This document shows, piece after piece, positions 1 through 13,056 of a stretch of DNA of 64,000 nt (positions within the stretch are counted from its first letter, which is position 1; each line of letters opens with the position of its first letter). The stretch covers positions 25,792,001-25,856,000 of the forward strand of contig JBHGNT010000004.1 in the NCBI GenBank assembly GCA_043228905.1, read 5' to 3'. The notes under the pieces were generated by a model. The model did not search any database and was not told the DNA's origin. It saw nothing but the letters and a program-made list of their open reading frames with translations. The position numbers and the translations under genes were made by a program. The DNA comes from Azolla caroliniana (Eukaryota > Plantae > Polypodiophyta).

Positions 1-1450
1 GTTTCAGATAGTTGGCCATGGTGTTGTCATTGGAGGTGAATGTTGGTGGTATGTAGCTTTCCCTTGAACCTTTTGAGATGTAGGATATGTGTAGGAATTG
101 AAGCATCATGATCGTGCCCCACAATTGTATTCTCTTCTCACGTGCTTGTGCAAAAGCATTGTCCTCGCCATTTGAATCTACTTTGGAATTATTCACATGT
201 GTTTCTAGAATAGATTGCTTGGAATCTCCACATCACTCCTCCTATAGACCGATCACTTGAGAATTAAACAACTCACAGTGTGCCATTACGGTACAAAACA
301 TTTATAATTGGGTGCCTAGTTTTCGGATTCAAAATTTCGATGAAGCAAAAAAATAACAAGCACAATATGTTCCATGTATATGGACGTATATCACATAGCC
401 AAAAGAACGGACAAAAATGTAACTTCACAAATACCATGTATTGAGACAAACTATCACTTACCAACCCTACGCAAATATTAAAAAGAAGGTAATCATTGAA
501 ATACAATTGATTAATTGGACCTTGGTTTTAAGACAAATTATTTAGGCCTCTGATTAGCCCTAAAATCCCTATATTAATGGCTTCTTCTAAGGAAATATGT
601 AAATGTTTTTCAAATATATATAGGCAAACATGCACGTATGTAAATCTTTATGCTGTCATGAGCCCACTAATGGATGGTCATAATGGAACTTTGAACTTCA
701 AGGAGGTGACTAGACCTATCTTCGAAATTTTGATTTTTGGGACCCCTCTAACTAGTGCTTTTATTTTACCCTACACATTCTTCTAGTGTCCCTCGCATGA
801 AACAAATAGTAATTGATCAAAACTATCATAGTCCAAGTGAAGAACCAAGGGTGTTGATTACTTTATTTTCAAGGTCCAACCATAAATTCAGGCCAAATAG
901 AAACGTAGACCCAATCCACATCCATGATGGAGATTGTTACTCCACCCATAAAGGTAGGGCCAAGTAGGGGGCAAAACGTTACACCCTGGTGCTAGGAACA
1001 CTCTGCGAATCGGCTACAACCGATTCGTAATCACAACTTACAAAACAGACAACACAAGTAGAAATAGGTTTGAAACATGACATGCACAAAGATTGACCCA
1101 AAAAGTATAGGTGTTCGATTACGTAACAAACAGTGTAATCATAGTCCAAAACCAAGTATAATCGGTATCACTCACTCACTCGATAAAAGCCTAGGATTAG
1201 GCCTTACTCACTCTGGCTTTGAATAGGTATCTCTGTCCCCTTGCCTTCATCACTTTACGATTTATATAGCTTCCTCTCTTCCTGGCGCGCTCCAACTACT
1301 TCCTCTTGATCCTCGGCCTTTGTTCTTGGTTGCTTGTATTTTGGTTACTTTCCCCTTCGGTTGCTATTGCTTGGCTCTTTTCATCTTTCACACTTGTCCT
1401 ACGCTCCGCTTTCACACTTTTCCTTTAAGGTTCTTTTCACACATCTTGCA
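1..1450. mobile_element. Probable highly degenerate retrotransposon-derived DNA
   Basis: No spliceable gene. Short broken ORFs and an LTR-like pyrimidine-rich block at about 1170-1450. No diagnostic domain could be read with certainty. Confidence 0.25.
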
Positions 1451-2866
1451 TTTTGTCCCACGGATAACAGAGACATGATGCAACAATTTCATGCCATCAA
1501 GGTATAGGTTGGTTTATTTGATGAGGCTACATCATTACAACTATGCAAATAAATTGGTCATACACATGCGAGAACATGAATATCCAATAGATTTATGACA
1601 TCCACATATGTGCATATATTTAAGTTGCACTGCCTAGCAATAGGCACAAGTACATACTTTAATTTCATGACATTGCAACATACGTGCCTATGCTTGTGAC
1701 AATGTACTTCTTAATAAGTGTATAGAAATTAGAGGTCTATATGTTGTAAAGTTATTATGTACATGCATAAATGTTTCGATGTAGGTTTACATAGACTTCT
1801 TTCAATCATTTATGTGCAAAATAATAAGTTATAACCTCCTATGTTAATATGTGCACATGTAGTACCTGATTGTTTATATATATTGTTGTAGCAACAAGTT
1901 GAAAATATTAAAATTGAGCAACATGTGCTCCATAAAATAATTTCCATGGCATATTTGGTCATCGCCCTTTTAATTAGTCACCCCTAGATCATGAAGTAGT
2001 TATATAGCACGTGGTCCTTCGAAATGTTGTGCAAATCATCCTTCCTCAGATGAAACTAATCAAGACGAAGCTTGAAGCATTTCGATTTGGATCTAAACCC
2101 CCAAGTTGAACGATAACACCTGCCTGACCCACCGGGTGAGATATGCGGCTTTCTAAGTTAGAAAAGTGCATAGTCATGGGTGCTTTGCAAATCATGCTCC
2201 AATATATAAGATCGTTCTAATATAAAATCGTACTTTGTGTGAATGCTAGCTAAATAAATTTAAAAAACAAGCAAAGTTTTTGTAGAAGGAAAGCACAAGT
2301 GGATCTCTTATGCATATATGACTTAGAGACACAACCAAGGTTCCTTACAACATATAGATATATTATTATATTGTGTGTGTGTGTGTGTGTGCATATGTGT
2401 TTCCTAGCTTTCATAAAAGGCACTCTATTCATTTATAATTGGAAGAATAAACATTGCCCCAATGACCATGAGAACGTGAGCAATGATGGTTGACCAGTCT
2501 CACTCTCTCTTTCTCTTTTTGCATGTGCGTAATACGCAATACACTTGCAACGAGTTATTGTTTCATGAAATATACTCTGAAATGCCTCTCCGCCCTTTAG
2601 GGGCCTTCTGTATTTGTTTTGAGTGCATCTTTCTTGAGAGGTCCTTGCCGTCTTTGATTTTTGCAAATGCATGTCAACTTAATGTGCACTGAATATGTAG
2701 AAGCACATTGAGTGTGTCTCAGAGTCCATATTCTAGAGCTATGTACATAAATACGTACTCTAACCCGTACAACTGAAATAAGACTTAGTGGAGACAGAGA
2801 TGAGGACTTGGAGAGAGCACACAACTAAATTTATTTGGTAGAAGCTCCACAAGATTTAATCCTCCT

Positions 2867-2907
<41 letters not shown>

Positions 2908-3080
2908 CCCAGATGATGGTCAGGTTGCCCAATGGAGGTCATGGGTTCAACCCCTACATTCCACATCGAATTGGTAAGGTTGCCCAATGGAGGTCCACAA
3001 TGGCAACTAGTACAGTAAGAGATATCTATGGAGTAATAGAGAGGCGAGTGGAACTTGGGTTTCAAACCCAAGAGCTAGTG

Positions 3081-3160
3081 CTAGTATTGTAAACGGGTTA
3101 CCACTAGGGCAAGCTAATTACTAGTATTGTAAACGGGTTACCACTAGGGCAAGCTAATTA
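3081..3160. repeat. Exact 40-bp tandem duplication
   Basis: CTAGTATTGTAAACGGGTTACCACTAGGGCAAGCTAATTA at 3081-3120 and 3121-3160. Confidence 0.95.
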
Positions 3161-3515
3161 CGATAAGAGAGAGAGAGAGATTGATTCATGAGAAATGATG
3201 AAGTGATCAAGAAGATCACTAGAGTTTAGATTCATTACTAAACACAACCCTCTCTCTCTAAAAAAGAAACTCCCCTGTTCCTTCTCTCTCTTAAAAACCT
3301 CCCCGGCTCTCTCTCTCTCTCTCTCTCTCTCCACAAACAAGAGCTGCTCCTCTGTCCCCTGCTCCACTACACTCTCTCCCTTTGGTTTTTTTGTCCATTT
3401 TGTCTCCTCTTAATTAAAAGCACTCAATCCATACTATATATATATATACATATGTACATATATGTATGTACCTTCCTCCCCCTTGTCTGTATTTCTCTCT
3501 TCTCACCCCTCCCCT

Positions 3516-3556
<41 letters not shown>

Positions 3557-4065
3557 ATGTGAACATACATATCATATATGTATGTATGTACATACACACC
3601 TCCCCTGCTCCTCTCCTCTTTCTCTCTTTCTTTCTCTGCAATCTTATTAGTGCATTAACATTTTGATTTATATTCTCTCTCTCTCTCTCTCTAATAGAGA
3701 GTGCAGAGGCAAGAGGAAAGGAGAAGATACCCACCATTGCCCTGGCATTCTGTTTACAAATCTAGGAACAGCAGACATATATAAAAAAAGAGAGAGAAGG
3801 CATGAATGGAAAACATGAAAATGCAGTAGCAGCCCAACACTTAAGCATCCATCCATTCTCTGGCTTGGAGGAGGAGGAGGAGAGGAGGAAGAAAAGAGTA
3901 GATTAAGAGGCGTGGTATGCATTGGTTAGTACAAGTGGATCCATTCCAAAGGATCGTTTAGAAGAAAGAAAGAAAGAAAGAAAGAAAGAAGGGAAATTTG
4001 TCGAGAGAGAGAAGTTGTGTAGTAAGGGGGACCTCGCCCTCATACATACATACATACATACATAC
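3160..4065 (+). promoter_or_regulatory. GA/CT-microsatellite-rich upstream/leader region of the glycosyltransferase gene
   Basis: (GA)n/(CT)n tracts at about 3167, 3307, 3518-3553 and 3674, plus (CATA)n at 4041-4065 abutting the ATG. GAGA repeats are known BBR/BPC binding sites; function here is inferred. Confidence 0.4.
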
Positions 4066-4758
4066 ATGTCAAAGGTGCGAGCTTGGATGCTCCGCATCCT
4101 CACAGTCATTTTGGTGTTCCTTCAGCTTCTTGCACTGTGCCGCCACCTATGGAATGATCCTCACCATAGCCACCGAATCATCATCCATAGATGGCCTGGA
4201 TCCTCCTCCATCAATTGCTTCCTGGATGACCATCTCCAGTTCCAGCACAAAAAGCCTCATACCCATGGAGGAGGACTGTCTGCCCTCCCTCAATCCATCC
4301 TCAGTGGCCATTCTACTGAAGATATCATTCCCTCCCTCTTGCATGACCGCATCAATCGAAGAATTACTCCAATTCCTCCAATTCCTCGTAAGTTTGCCAA
4401 ATTTCTGTTGCTAACCTTTCTGAATGCTTACAGTTACCACATTGTCCGTTTCCAATCCATCCGTCCTTTTTCACGTGTTTATCAATCTATTGCATATTAT
4501 TTCAATCGTTTCATATTAATCAATTTGCGAGTGTATAACATTGCAAATTTCAGGCATTTCTTCAATCCATCAAATCACAAAAATGTGCTCTGGAAACTTT
4601 AAAAATAAGGTAAAATGGAGCTGACAATGGCATGGTGTGTCATATATGCAGGATCCTACAACAACAATGGCTATCTGATTATTTCCTGCAATGGAGGCCT
4701 CAATCAAATGCGAGCTGCAGTATGTTTTCTTTTGTTGACCTGTAATGGTTACCCAATG

Positions 4759-4789
<31 letters not shown>

Positions 4790-4847
4790 TGTATGTATGT
4801 ATGTATTGTGTATGTCTGTTTGTCTGTGAATGTATTTTGTTGACAGA

Positions 4848-4878
<31 letters not shown>

Positions 4879-7800
4879 GCCGTGGGGTGTAGGCTATTTA
4901 TGCTGATCTGCCCTATAATAAATACTAGTGGCTATTTCTGTTCACCAATTCTTTGCTGCACACACAACTGACAGACACGAAGCTGTTATGATTACCCTAG
5001 GGGGCTAAAGTTAGATAACACTATCCTTTCTTATGAGCAGTGTTCTACCCCAAACCCAACACATTTGGTCTCTCAACCATTGCCTATCCTATATGGAGAG
5101 ATGGATGGGCTCCTTTTTGCCTCGGCCATTTTGAGCTACTCTATGAGGAGCAGCCTTGTGTGAGGTACACAAGAGTATGAACAAACAAGAGGAATCCAGA
5201 ACAAAAGACAGGAAGGAAAAGATTGAACTTGGAATGGACTAGCAAAAATAGGGCAAAGTACCATGTCTTAGTCCTAACATTAGTCTTGATCTCATTTAAA
5301 GGAACTGTAGGGTAAGAACCACAGAGTGATGCATGACAATCTATCTATGCCAGGCCCTCCTACGACCCATTACCTTTGTCAATTCTCCATTAACTCTAAC
5401 TCTTAACATAGCCGTCAGTCAGCCTACAACCTTCCACTGCCCCTTTCAAATAAACCTTTAATATATGTGCCTGCACATTGATAACTGCAGACTTCGATCA
5501 TGCCCCGGCCACCTGTATCTTACACATTCTTGAGAGTGGTTTCTCAGTGGCCTCAGAAAAAATGGCACTGAAATTAGCAATCTCGGATGGAAACCGTAAT
5601 TAGCGAAGAATGGCATTGCACTGATTAAAGACTGTATGCTGTTTTGTTGGTGAACTCCGAGAAGTGTTTTAAGAGTTGAACCCTACCGGATGTACTGGTT
5701 AAGGATCTGATTTATCCTTTCTCTTATCCCATCACTTTGAGGATGAAACGCCAAGAACAGATTGTTTGAGATCATGAGGAGCAGAAAATAGTCATTTCCA
5801 AATCTGGGAGATGAATTATTGCCCACAATCTGAAACTATGTTGTCTGGAAGGCCTGTAGTTGAACTACATTTGCTAATATAAGATCTGTGGCTTTAGAAC
5901 AAAGGAATAAAATGAACTATCTTGGTAAATCGATCCATTATGACTAGCGCGTAGTTGTACACGTTAACTAAAGGGAAGTCAGTGATGAAGATCACCGAAA
6001 TCGAGGACCAAGGTTGCACAGGAATTAGCAAAGATTGCAAAAGTTGATAATGGGGGAGCTTTGGAGCGGGTGTATGTATCATATGTCCAACTTCCATTGA
6101 TGGGGTCACTAGTGATTTTGTGATTATGCTTGTTTTAGCACTCATCTCCAGGCTTGATGTGAACTAATGTATAGGTGTCCCATAGATATATCTTTGAGAA
6201 TATTCTCTCCATTTGTTAGGCAGTAGCAAAGGTCATGGATCGAAGGTAAAGGATACCGGTTCCTCATAATTTTACGCAATTCAGTCCCCGGTAAAGTTTT
6301 TCCTTGGGGAATGAGATGGGTACCCCAACAGGTTACTTGGAATGGCGGATGAGACCTTTTCCTAGATTCTCATCAATGTATAAGTGTAACTAGCCTCAAG
6401 CTGAGGCTGGAGAGTCTGTAGATCAACCTGAATGGAGCTTAAGAACCTTCTTGGGATTGATGGTGTAGTGATAGGAGCAGACTCAAAGTGGACTTGGGAT
6501 ATAGGCATGGAAGAGACCTGGGGTCGGCCACATTCTTAGGGGAAACTAATGGAGTGAGCCCACCAATCCACAATCGGATTGTCAGAATTGAGCCGTGGTA
6601 GACCAAGGATGATAGAATGTCAAAGGAATGTGATGAGGTCGAGGATGATTTGCTCCTAGTGACTTGGTGCCTGAGGTGTGATAAATCACATCTCGTTCAG
6701 AGGTTCATGAATTGTGGTGTTTTCAAGCTGCAGTTGTCATAGCATACCCATGCTTTGGCTAAGATTGGTGGCAGGGTCATGTTATGTGTATGTCTATAAT
6801 TATGTATATGTCTAAGTCTATGTTCTATACCTAAGGTTCAATGTATATGTATATGTTTATGTTCTATATCTAAGGTTCTAGATATGTCTATGTCTATATG
6901 TATGTGCATATGTCTGTCTACGTATATGATGCAAAATATTAAGCCAATATAGCATTTGTTATACAAATATGTGACATGTTTATGTTGCAAAGCTTCTGAA
7001 CTTGACCTTCATTGTTACATATGTTATATAGATATGTGACATGGTTGCTGTTGCAAAGCTTCTGAATTTGACCCTCATTGTTCCAGATCTTGATAAGACC
7101 TCTTTCTGGAATGATCCAAGGTAATATTGATGGAACTAATGCTGAAATGAGAGTGACCTGTAGCTTTTATTTTAGCATGTAAATTCTTATTTTTTAAATT
7201 AATCATGAACTTACTTAATGCCGTGACTGCTAGCGATTTTGGAGATATATTTGATACCAATCATTTCATTACCTCCTTGAGAGATGAAGTAAGGATTATT
7301 AAGGAAGTCCCTGTGAAGCTTCAATCCGATGTGAGGAAAGGCTTGGTCTTGTCATTGCCACCAATCAGTTGGTCCAATGAATCTTATTACCTGAACCAGG
7401 TTTGACTCTTATCTGTTTTCCATTTCCATGAGTTCATAATGTGGTAATAAATTCATTTCGTTGATGTCAATTATTTGAGTTTTTATACATAGTAGTTTCT
7501 GCATTTCTATTGTCTTTAACATTCATTTCCTATTAGTTTTATTCATAGTTTCTACATTCCTATGGTTTTGCTACATAATGAGTTTAGAGTTCTGGATTTC
7601 TGGATTTTTTTCCATAAAGTTTTTACCGTCCTACCTATGTGGGTTTTTTCACATTCCCAAAGAGTGCTATATATATTAACTCGTTTTTTTATTCCTATGA
7701 GTTTTACATGTGTTTTAATGATCTCTAAAGTAAAAGATTGTACACCATCTCTTTGAACAGATACTTCCACTAGTAAAGAAACATGCAATTATTAAATTCA

Positions 7801-9049
7801 ACAAAACCGATGCACGTGTTGCAAATGGTGGTGGGCTCTCTGATGATTTCCAGAAGCTAAGATGCCGTGTGAATTACGAATCGTTAGTGTTCACCCAACA
7901 TATCCGGGAATTGGGAGAGAAATTGATCGAGCAATTAAAGTCTAAGGGCACTTTTTTGGTATTACACTTGAGGTATGAGATGGACATGTTGGCTTTCTCT
8001 GGGTGCACACATGGTTGTACAAAAGAGGAGGAAGAAGAACTCACAAAATTGAGGTAAGATATAGCTTTAAAACAAAATTTAGGTTTATGATATGTAGCAA
8101 CACCCATTATTGTACTGCCAATTTGGCCTAATGTGTGCATGTGTTTAAGGTCTCTTACCTCATGTCATGATATGAGTATGTATATGTATGATTTCTGTTC
8201 TGTAATCACATGATACAATACATATATACATGTAAAGTTTGTTGTGTTATCACATCATATAATACATAAATATATATGTATATAAATGTTTGTTCTCTAA
8301 TCACACCGATGAACATAAATGTTATCTCTTGCCACTAGATATGCATACCCTTGGTGGAAAGAGAAAGTGATCGATTCAGAACGAAAGAGATCAGATGGAC
8401 TTTGTCCACTAACTCCTGAGGAGACTGTATTGGTATTGAAAGCATTTGGTTATGATAAGGATACCCAAATATATATTGCTGCTGGAGAGATCTATGGTAG
8501 TGAGAGAAGAATGGAAGGCTTGTATGCAGCTTATCCAAACATTGTGAGTATCATCTCTCAAACTATCTATCAAAACCACCCTTCTCCTTCAAATTATCTA
8601 TAAAAAATCGTATTAAGAACAAGTTGTTCATGCATGAAAGCAATTAATCACCTATGAACTTGTGATGAAATGTGTAACCCTAAACCCAAAAGCTGTAAAC
8701 CCTGAAACTACACGTGTTAAACTTCCTGTTTTCAGGTTCATAGCAACTAGCTATATTTACACGATGCTGGTTGGTGATTTAACTTTTTTTATTTCACTCA
8801 TCCCATTCCTATACATTTCTTCTCAGGTAAGAAAAGAAATGCTATTGAGTCCAGATGAATTGAGACATTTTCAAAACCATTCTTCGCAAATGGCAGCCTT
8901 AGATTACATGGTCGCCATTGAGAGTGATGTTTTTGTGCCTACATACGATGGGAATATGGCCAAGCTAGTTGAAGGACATCGGAGGTAATACATACAGTAT
9001 AACAATAACCATTGGACTCATGATAAAACTTAGCCTAAGTTTGTCTCTT

Positions 9050-9082
<33 letters not shown>

Positions 9083-9376
9083 TCACCGTATATGGGTTTT
9101 TTTGACATCCTGAATGAAGTTCTTTGCATTTCGAATGATTGTAGATACTTGGGTTATCGGACGACGATACTCCTGGATCGGAAGAGGATAGCAGAGTTAT
9201 TTGATGCGTATCAGAACAGGACATTGCAATGGGATGCATTCTCGTCTGACATACGAGAGGCTCACAAAGGTCGTATGGGTGCCCCGACGAAGAGAAGGGT
9301 AATACTTGACAAACCTAAAGAAGAGGATTATTTCTATGCAAATCCACATGAATGTCTAACAACTATGATGATGTGA
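4066..9376 (+). CDS. O-fucosyltransferase family (GT106) glycosyltransferase, RG-I rhamnosyltransferase (RRT)-like; type II membrane protein
   Basis: Eight GT-AG exons: 4066-4387, 4652-4719, 7032-7120, 7234-7399, 7761-8053, 8339-8543, 8827-8984, 9145-9376. N-terminal TM segment. Motifs [105 protein letters not shown]. Confidence 0.93.
4984..6790 (-). mobile_element. Degenerate Ty3/gypsy LTR retrotransposon in intron 2 of the glycosyltransferase gene
   Basis: Integrase-like peptide at 5894-6145(-): [20 protein letters not shown]...[17 protein letters not shown]. Candidate LTR 4984-5408 has TGTTA...TAACA ends, and TGTTATG recurs at 6780. Confidence 0.75.
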
Positions 9377-9974
9377 TTGTCAACGCAAGTTTCCATAAGG
9401 AATGGTATGTAAATATGTATACATATTTGTATCATTTTCTCTTTTGTTCCTCTCTACTACCCGTCAAAATAAACACTGTGCTTTTGTTGTGTGTTTCATT
9501 CTTTGAACACAAACAAAACAAAAGCATTATTTCTTTTGTATTGCATTTATTCAATTCATTTGTTTGTGATGGGGAAGAAGGGGGAGAAGAGAAAAAATTG
9601 TAAAAGAAATTATAAATAACAGTGTATGTATCATCATCATCATTATGGAGCTGTTATGAAAATTTAAAAAAAGAAAGGTGAAGGGTTTGCTTGAATTGTA
9701 TTAGTGAAAGGTTTTTGCGCCTCAAAATATTCACATTCATTATAAGCAATGAGAAAAGAAGACTCATTCCCAATTAGGCCGTGAATAAGGTGTATTTACA
9801 TCTTGACCCACAGTTTAGGATCGGAAAGACGTTGATATTTATTTTATTGGTTGTTAATTCAGAGAGAAATAGAAGGCATCTAGATGTGATAAATGTCAAG
9901 CAAGACTATAGAATTACAAAGTAACAGTAAGAAGCATGTCCACCATAATTTAATAGTATGAAGAAAGGAAATGT

Positions 9975-10212
9975 ACCATAAGGTTTTTAAATTTGAGTTT
10001 TCTATATCATAGAATTTAATATGAAACACTTAAAAACAGCTTAAATTAGAATGATCTACTTTTTAAGCATGAAGATGGTGTGAGGAAGGATGCACCATAA
10101 GGTTTTTAAATTTGAGTTTTCTATATCATAGAATTTAATATGAAACACTTAAAAACAGCTTAAATTAGAATGATCTACTTTTTAAGCATGAAGATGGTGT
10201 GAGGAAGGATGC
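9975..10212. repeat. 119-bp tandem duplication (2 copies)
   Basis: Unit ACCATAAGGTTTTTAAATTTGAG...GTGAGGAAGGATGC starts at 9975 and at 10094. Confidence 0.93.
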
Positions 10213-10244
10213 ATATTGGTGCTAGAACCTAAACAGTTCAGGAC

Positions 10245-10325
10245 AAAATGGCTAGGTGGGATTCGAACCCAATCAAGCATAAAAATCTCATATCACTTTG
10301 AATAATTGAGTAGACTTGGCTAGAG
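10245..10325 (-). pseudogene. tRNA-derived relic (B-box, degenerate A-box, T-run)
   Basis: Minus strand reads TAGCCAAGTC...TTGGGTTCGAATCCCACCTAGCCATTTT. The T-arm is recognisable but no complete cloverleaf forms. Confidence 0.4.
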
Positions 10326-12355
10326 ATGTTTATTATGACATACCTACTAACTTTTAAAAGTTCTATTTAACACTGTTTTTTACAAAAGCGTTTGATTTAT
10401 TAATGCTCTCAAAATAGTTAAAACACTCACGAAAGATTTAGTATGTCAACCCTTGATATATTTAAAGTATGAAAAGAATGTGAATGATAGCTTGTTCGGA
10501 TCATGTGCACGGAAAGCTTTTAATAACAGTTAAAAATATCCTCGATCTCCAATACGTTTAAATAAGAACATGTTAGAGCAAGCTACCAAGTTGGATTAAA
10601 TATATTCAGATTCCTGCACACTTTGTGTCCAGCATTATAACATGCATTTGTTACCCTACACCTGTTTTCATGGACATGTAAGGTTAACAATGCAGGTTTA
10701 TGAATATGAGTTAATTCGATTGTGTGAGGATATTTTTATGGAATTATTGGTGATGCATAGTTGGAGATATTCATATCAGCAACTGTTGGTTCATTCATAA
10801 CTTAGGATTGATGTATAATATATAATATAATAAGCTTAAAGTATACTCTTTTAATCTAATGCATTTGTGATTACTTACTGAAATTCTTAGTACACATTCG
10901 TGATTGTTCTCAATATTTGTAAACAATCTTTAACTTGGAAACCAGAATCTCTCCTAGACACCTATTGAAGTTGACATCTTTAATTTCTTTGGTGTTTTTT
11001 GAACATCCAATCTCTATTGATTAATCTTTGGTATATAGTTGGGACTGGGAGATTACATTGATATGCATCCCTAATTGAGCCGATAGTATTTGTTCTTTGG
11101 CTGACGTTATTGAGCATGTAGAATACTAAATGATTACCAAACTAAATGCAAGATAATTCACTGCATCTTACTCTTAATAATGAAAGGATAAAAAAGGAAG
11201 TAAATGGAGACTAAAATACATTACTCCAAAGAAACCACAATGGTCAAACATTCTTTTTCATTAATCTCAAGAGTAATTTCAGCATCGTCAAACTGGTACA
11301 ATTGAAATTCAAGTGGATGCCACTATCCATTGTCTCCTATAAATAACAAGACACACCTAAAGTGCAATTAGCCTCTACCTGAAGGATGAAGGGCTTGGCT
11401 AGGTTAGCAAGAACCAAAGTCCTTGGCTAGATGTAGGTTCTTGTTTGACATTTTCAAATGCCTCAATTGCACCTCCATGTAAATGGTTGATTCTTTTGTG
11501 TAACTTTTGTGTGAGGCAACATAATGCTAGAATAACTCTTGATGATATTGCGATAAAAAATTTCAACCACATGAAGTACACGATAATAAATAGAATCTGT
11601 CCACCCTCTTGCTTCCATTAAAATAACCAGAATTACTAATTTTATTTGGTTTGGTAGTCTTGTCTGCCTGGATATATTATGCACAATGTTATAGATCTTA
11701 ACTAGGGTTTTGCTTAAAAAGTCTCAAAACCAGAATTTCAGGCTCTTGATGAGCATCAATAATGAATTTTCTTATTGCTTTGTTGAATAATCACGTTTCC
11801 TAGCCTCATATATCCATCATATCCTTATTTTTGTTCTCCACAACCATGCCATGTTTTAGCAACTTCTTTAAACTTCGCTGTAAAACCTTAACATAATGCT
11901 TTTAGGCTTTGCTTCATCCTCACCTCATAGGCAAGACTAAATCCTTCAGTACATTTAGTTCAAAGATAACTTTTCTAGAACCATAGTTGTATGTTCAACA
12001 TCTAGTTAGACCATGCCTTCCACGATTATTGTCGTAATGTTTTGGGTATGGCTCAATATGGAAAACAATTTCAGAGAAACTTATAACAAAGAAGGGGTAT
12101 AATTATATTATTTATTATGCATAATATGCATATCCAGTGAAGACTTCAGTTTTTTTAAGTCTCCAAGAGATGCAATGTAGGAATTCCAATAGACCATTAG
12201 GATTTAGGTAGCTGAAGTTGCTTTTTCATTTCTTAACAACATACCATACAGACATGTAGTGATGTATGAAAATGGCCAAACAGTTTGTGACCATCATGGC
12301 CAATGACACTTTTCATGGCAACAAATGGACAAGAAAAAGAAAACCATCCACAATC

Positions 12356-12988
12356 CTATAATAGTTTATTCTTCGTAAAGAAGCTCTTTAGGTACCATAG
12401 CTGTAAAGCTGCCACTATCAAGCATATCGAGAGTGATGATATGCTGAACCATGACATTCGAGAATTGGTAACCTCATTGACGTGCCGCATCTTTTCCTCC
12501 CTGAAGTAAATTTAAGACAACGAATTATTATGACTTTTTTTACTATCAGTAAAAGAATCGATGCCAAAATGCTGGATAGACAGTCCCTGAGACATGGGAA
12601 ATACAATGTTTTTACCTATCTCTCAGGTACAGCATATTATCATGAATAGTCCTCACTTCAGTTGCCAATTTAATCAGTTCAAGCTCAACGCCCTGTAACG
12701 CCAAAAACAAATTATGAACCAATATCCACCACAGTAAAACAATGAGAAAAGGATGTTAAAGTTACTATACCTCAATCTTCTCTCGTTTTGCAACACTATC
12801 CCAGTCTTTAGCTGCAATGCCAGTTTTCCAATCCAAATCAACAGTCACTCTGTCTTCTTTTGTGGCATTGGGTATCCAGAAACATGCTGTGTAATCACCT
12901 GCCTCGTTGGCAGTGAATGCGAATTCTCCTTCACTTACACGTTCTTGAGAATGCACTGTACCACCATAGGGGGTTGTTACCTATCAAC

Positions 12989-13056
<68 letters not shown>

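Noticed and set aside
3922-4602. 226-aa ORF as a stand-alone gene
   Set aside because: It begins at a non-ATG codon and runs through microsatellites. Only 4066-4387 is exon 1 of the glycosyltransferase; the rest is leader and intron.
10245-10325. Selenocysteine tRNA (TTCAAA within a tRNA-like relic)
   Set aside because: No acceptor or anticodon stem pairing, and land plants lack the Sec machinery. The match is coincidental.
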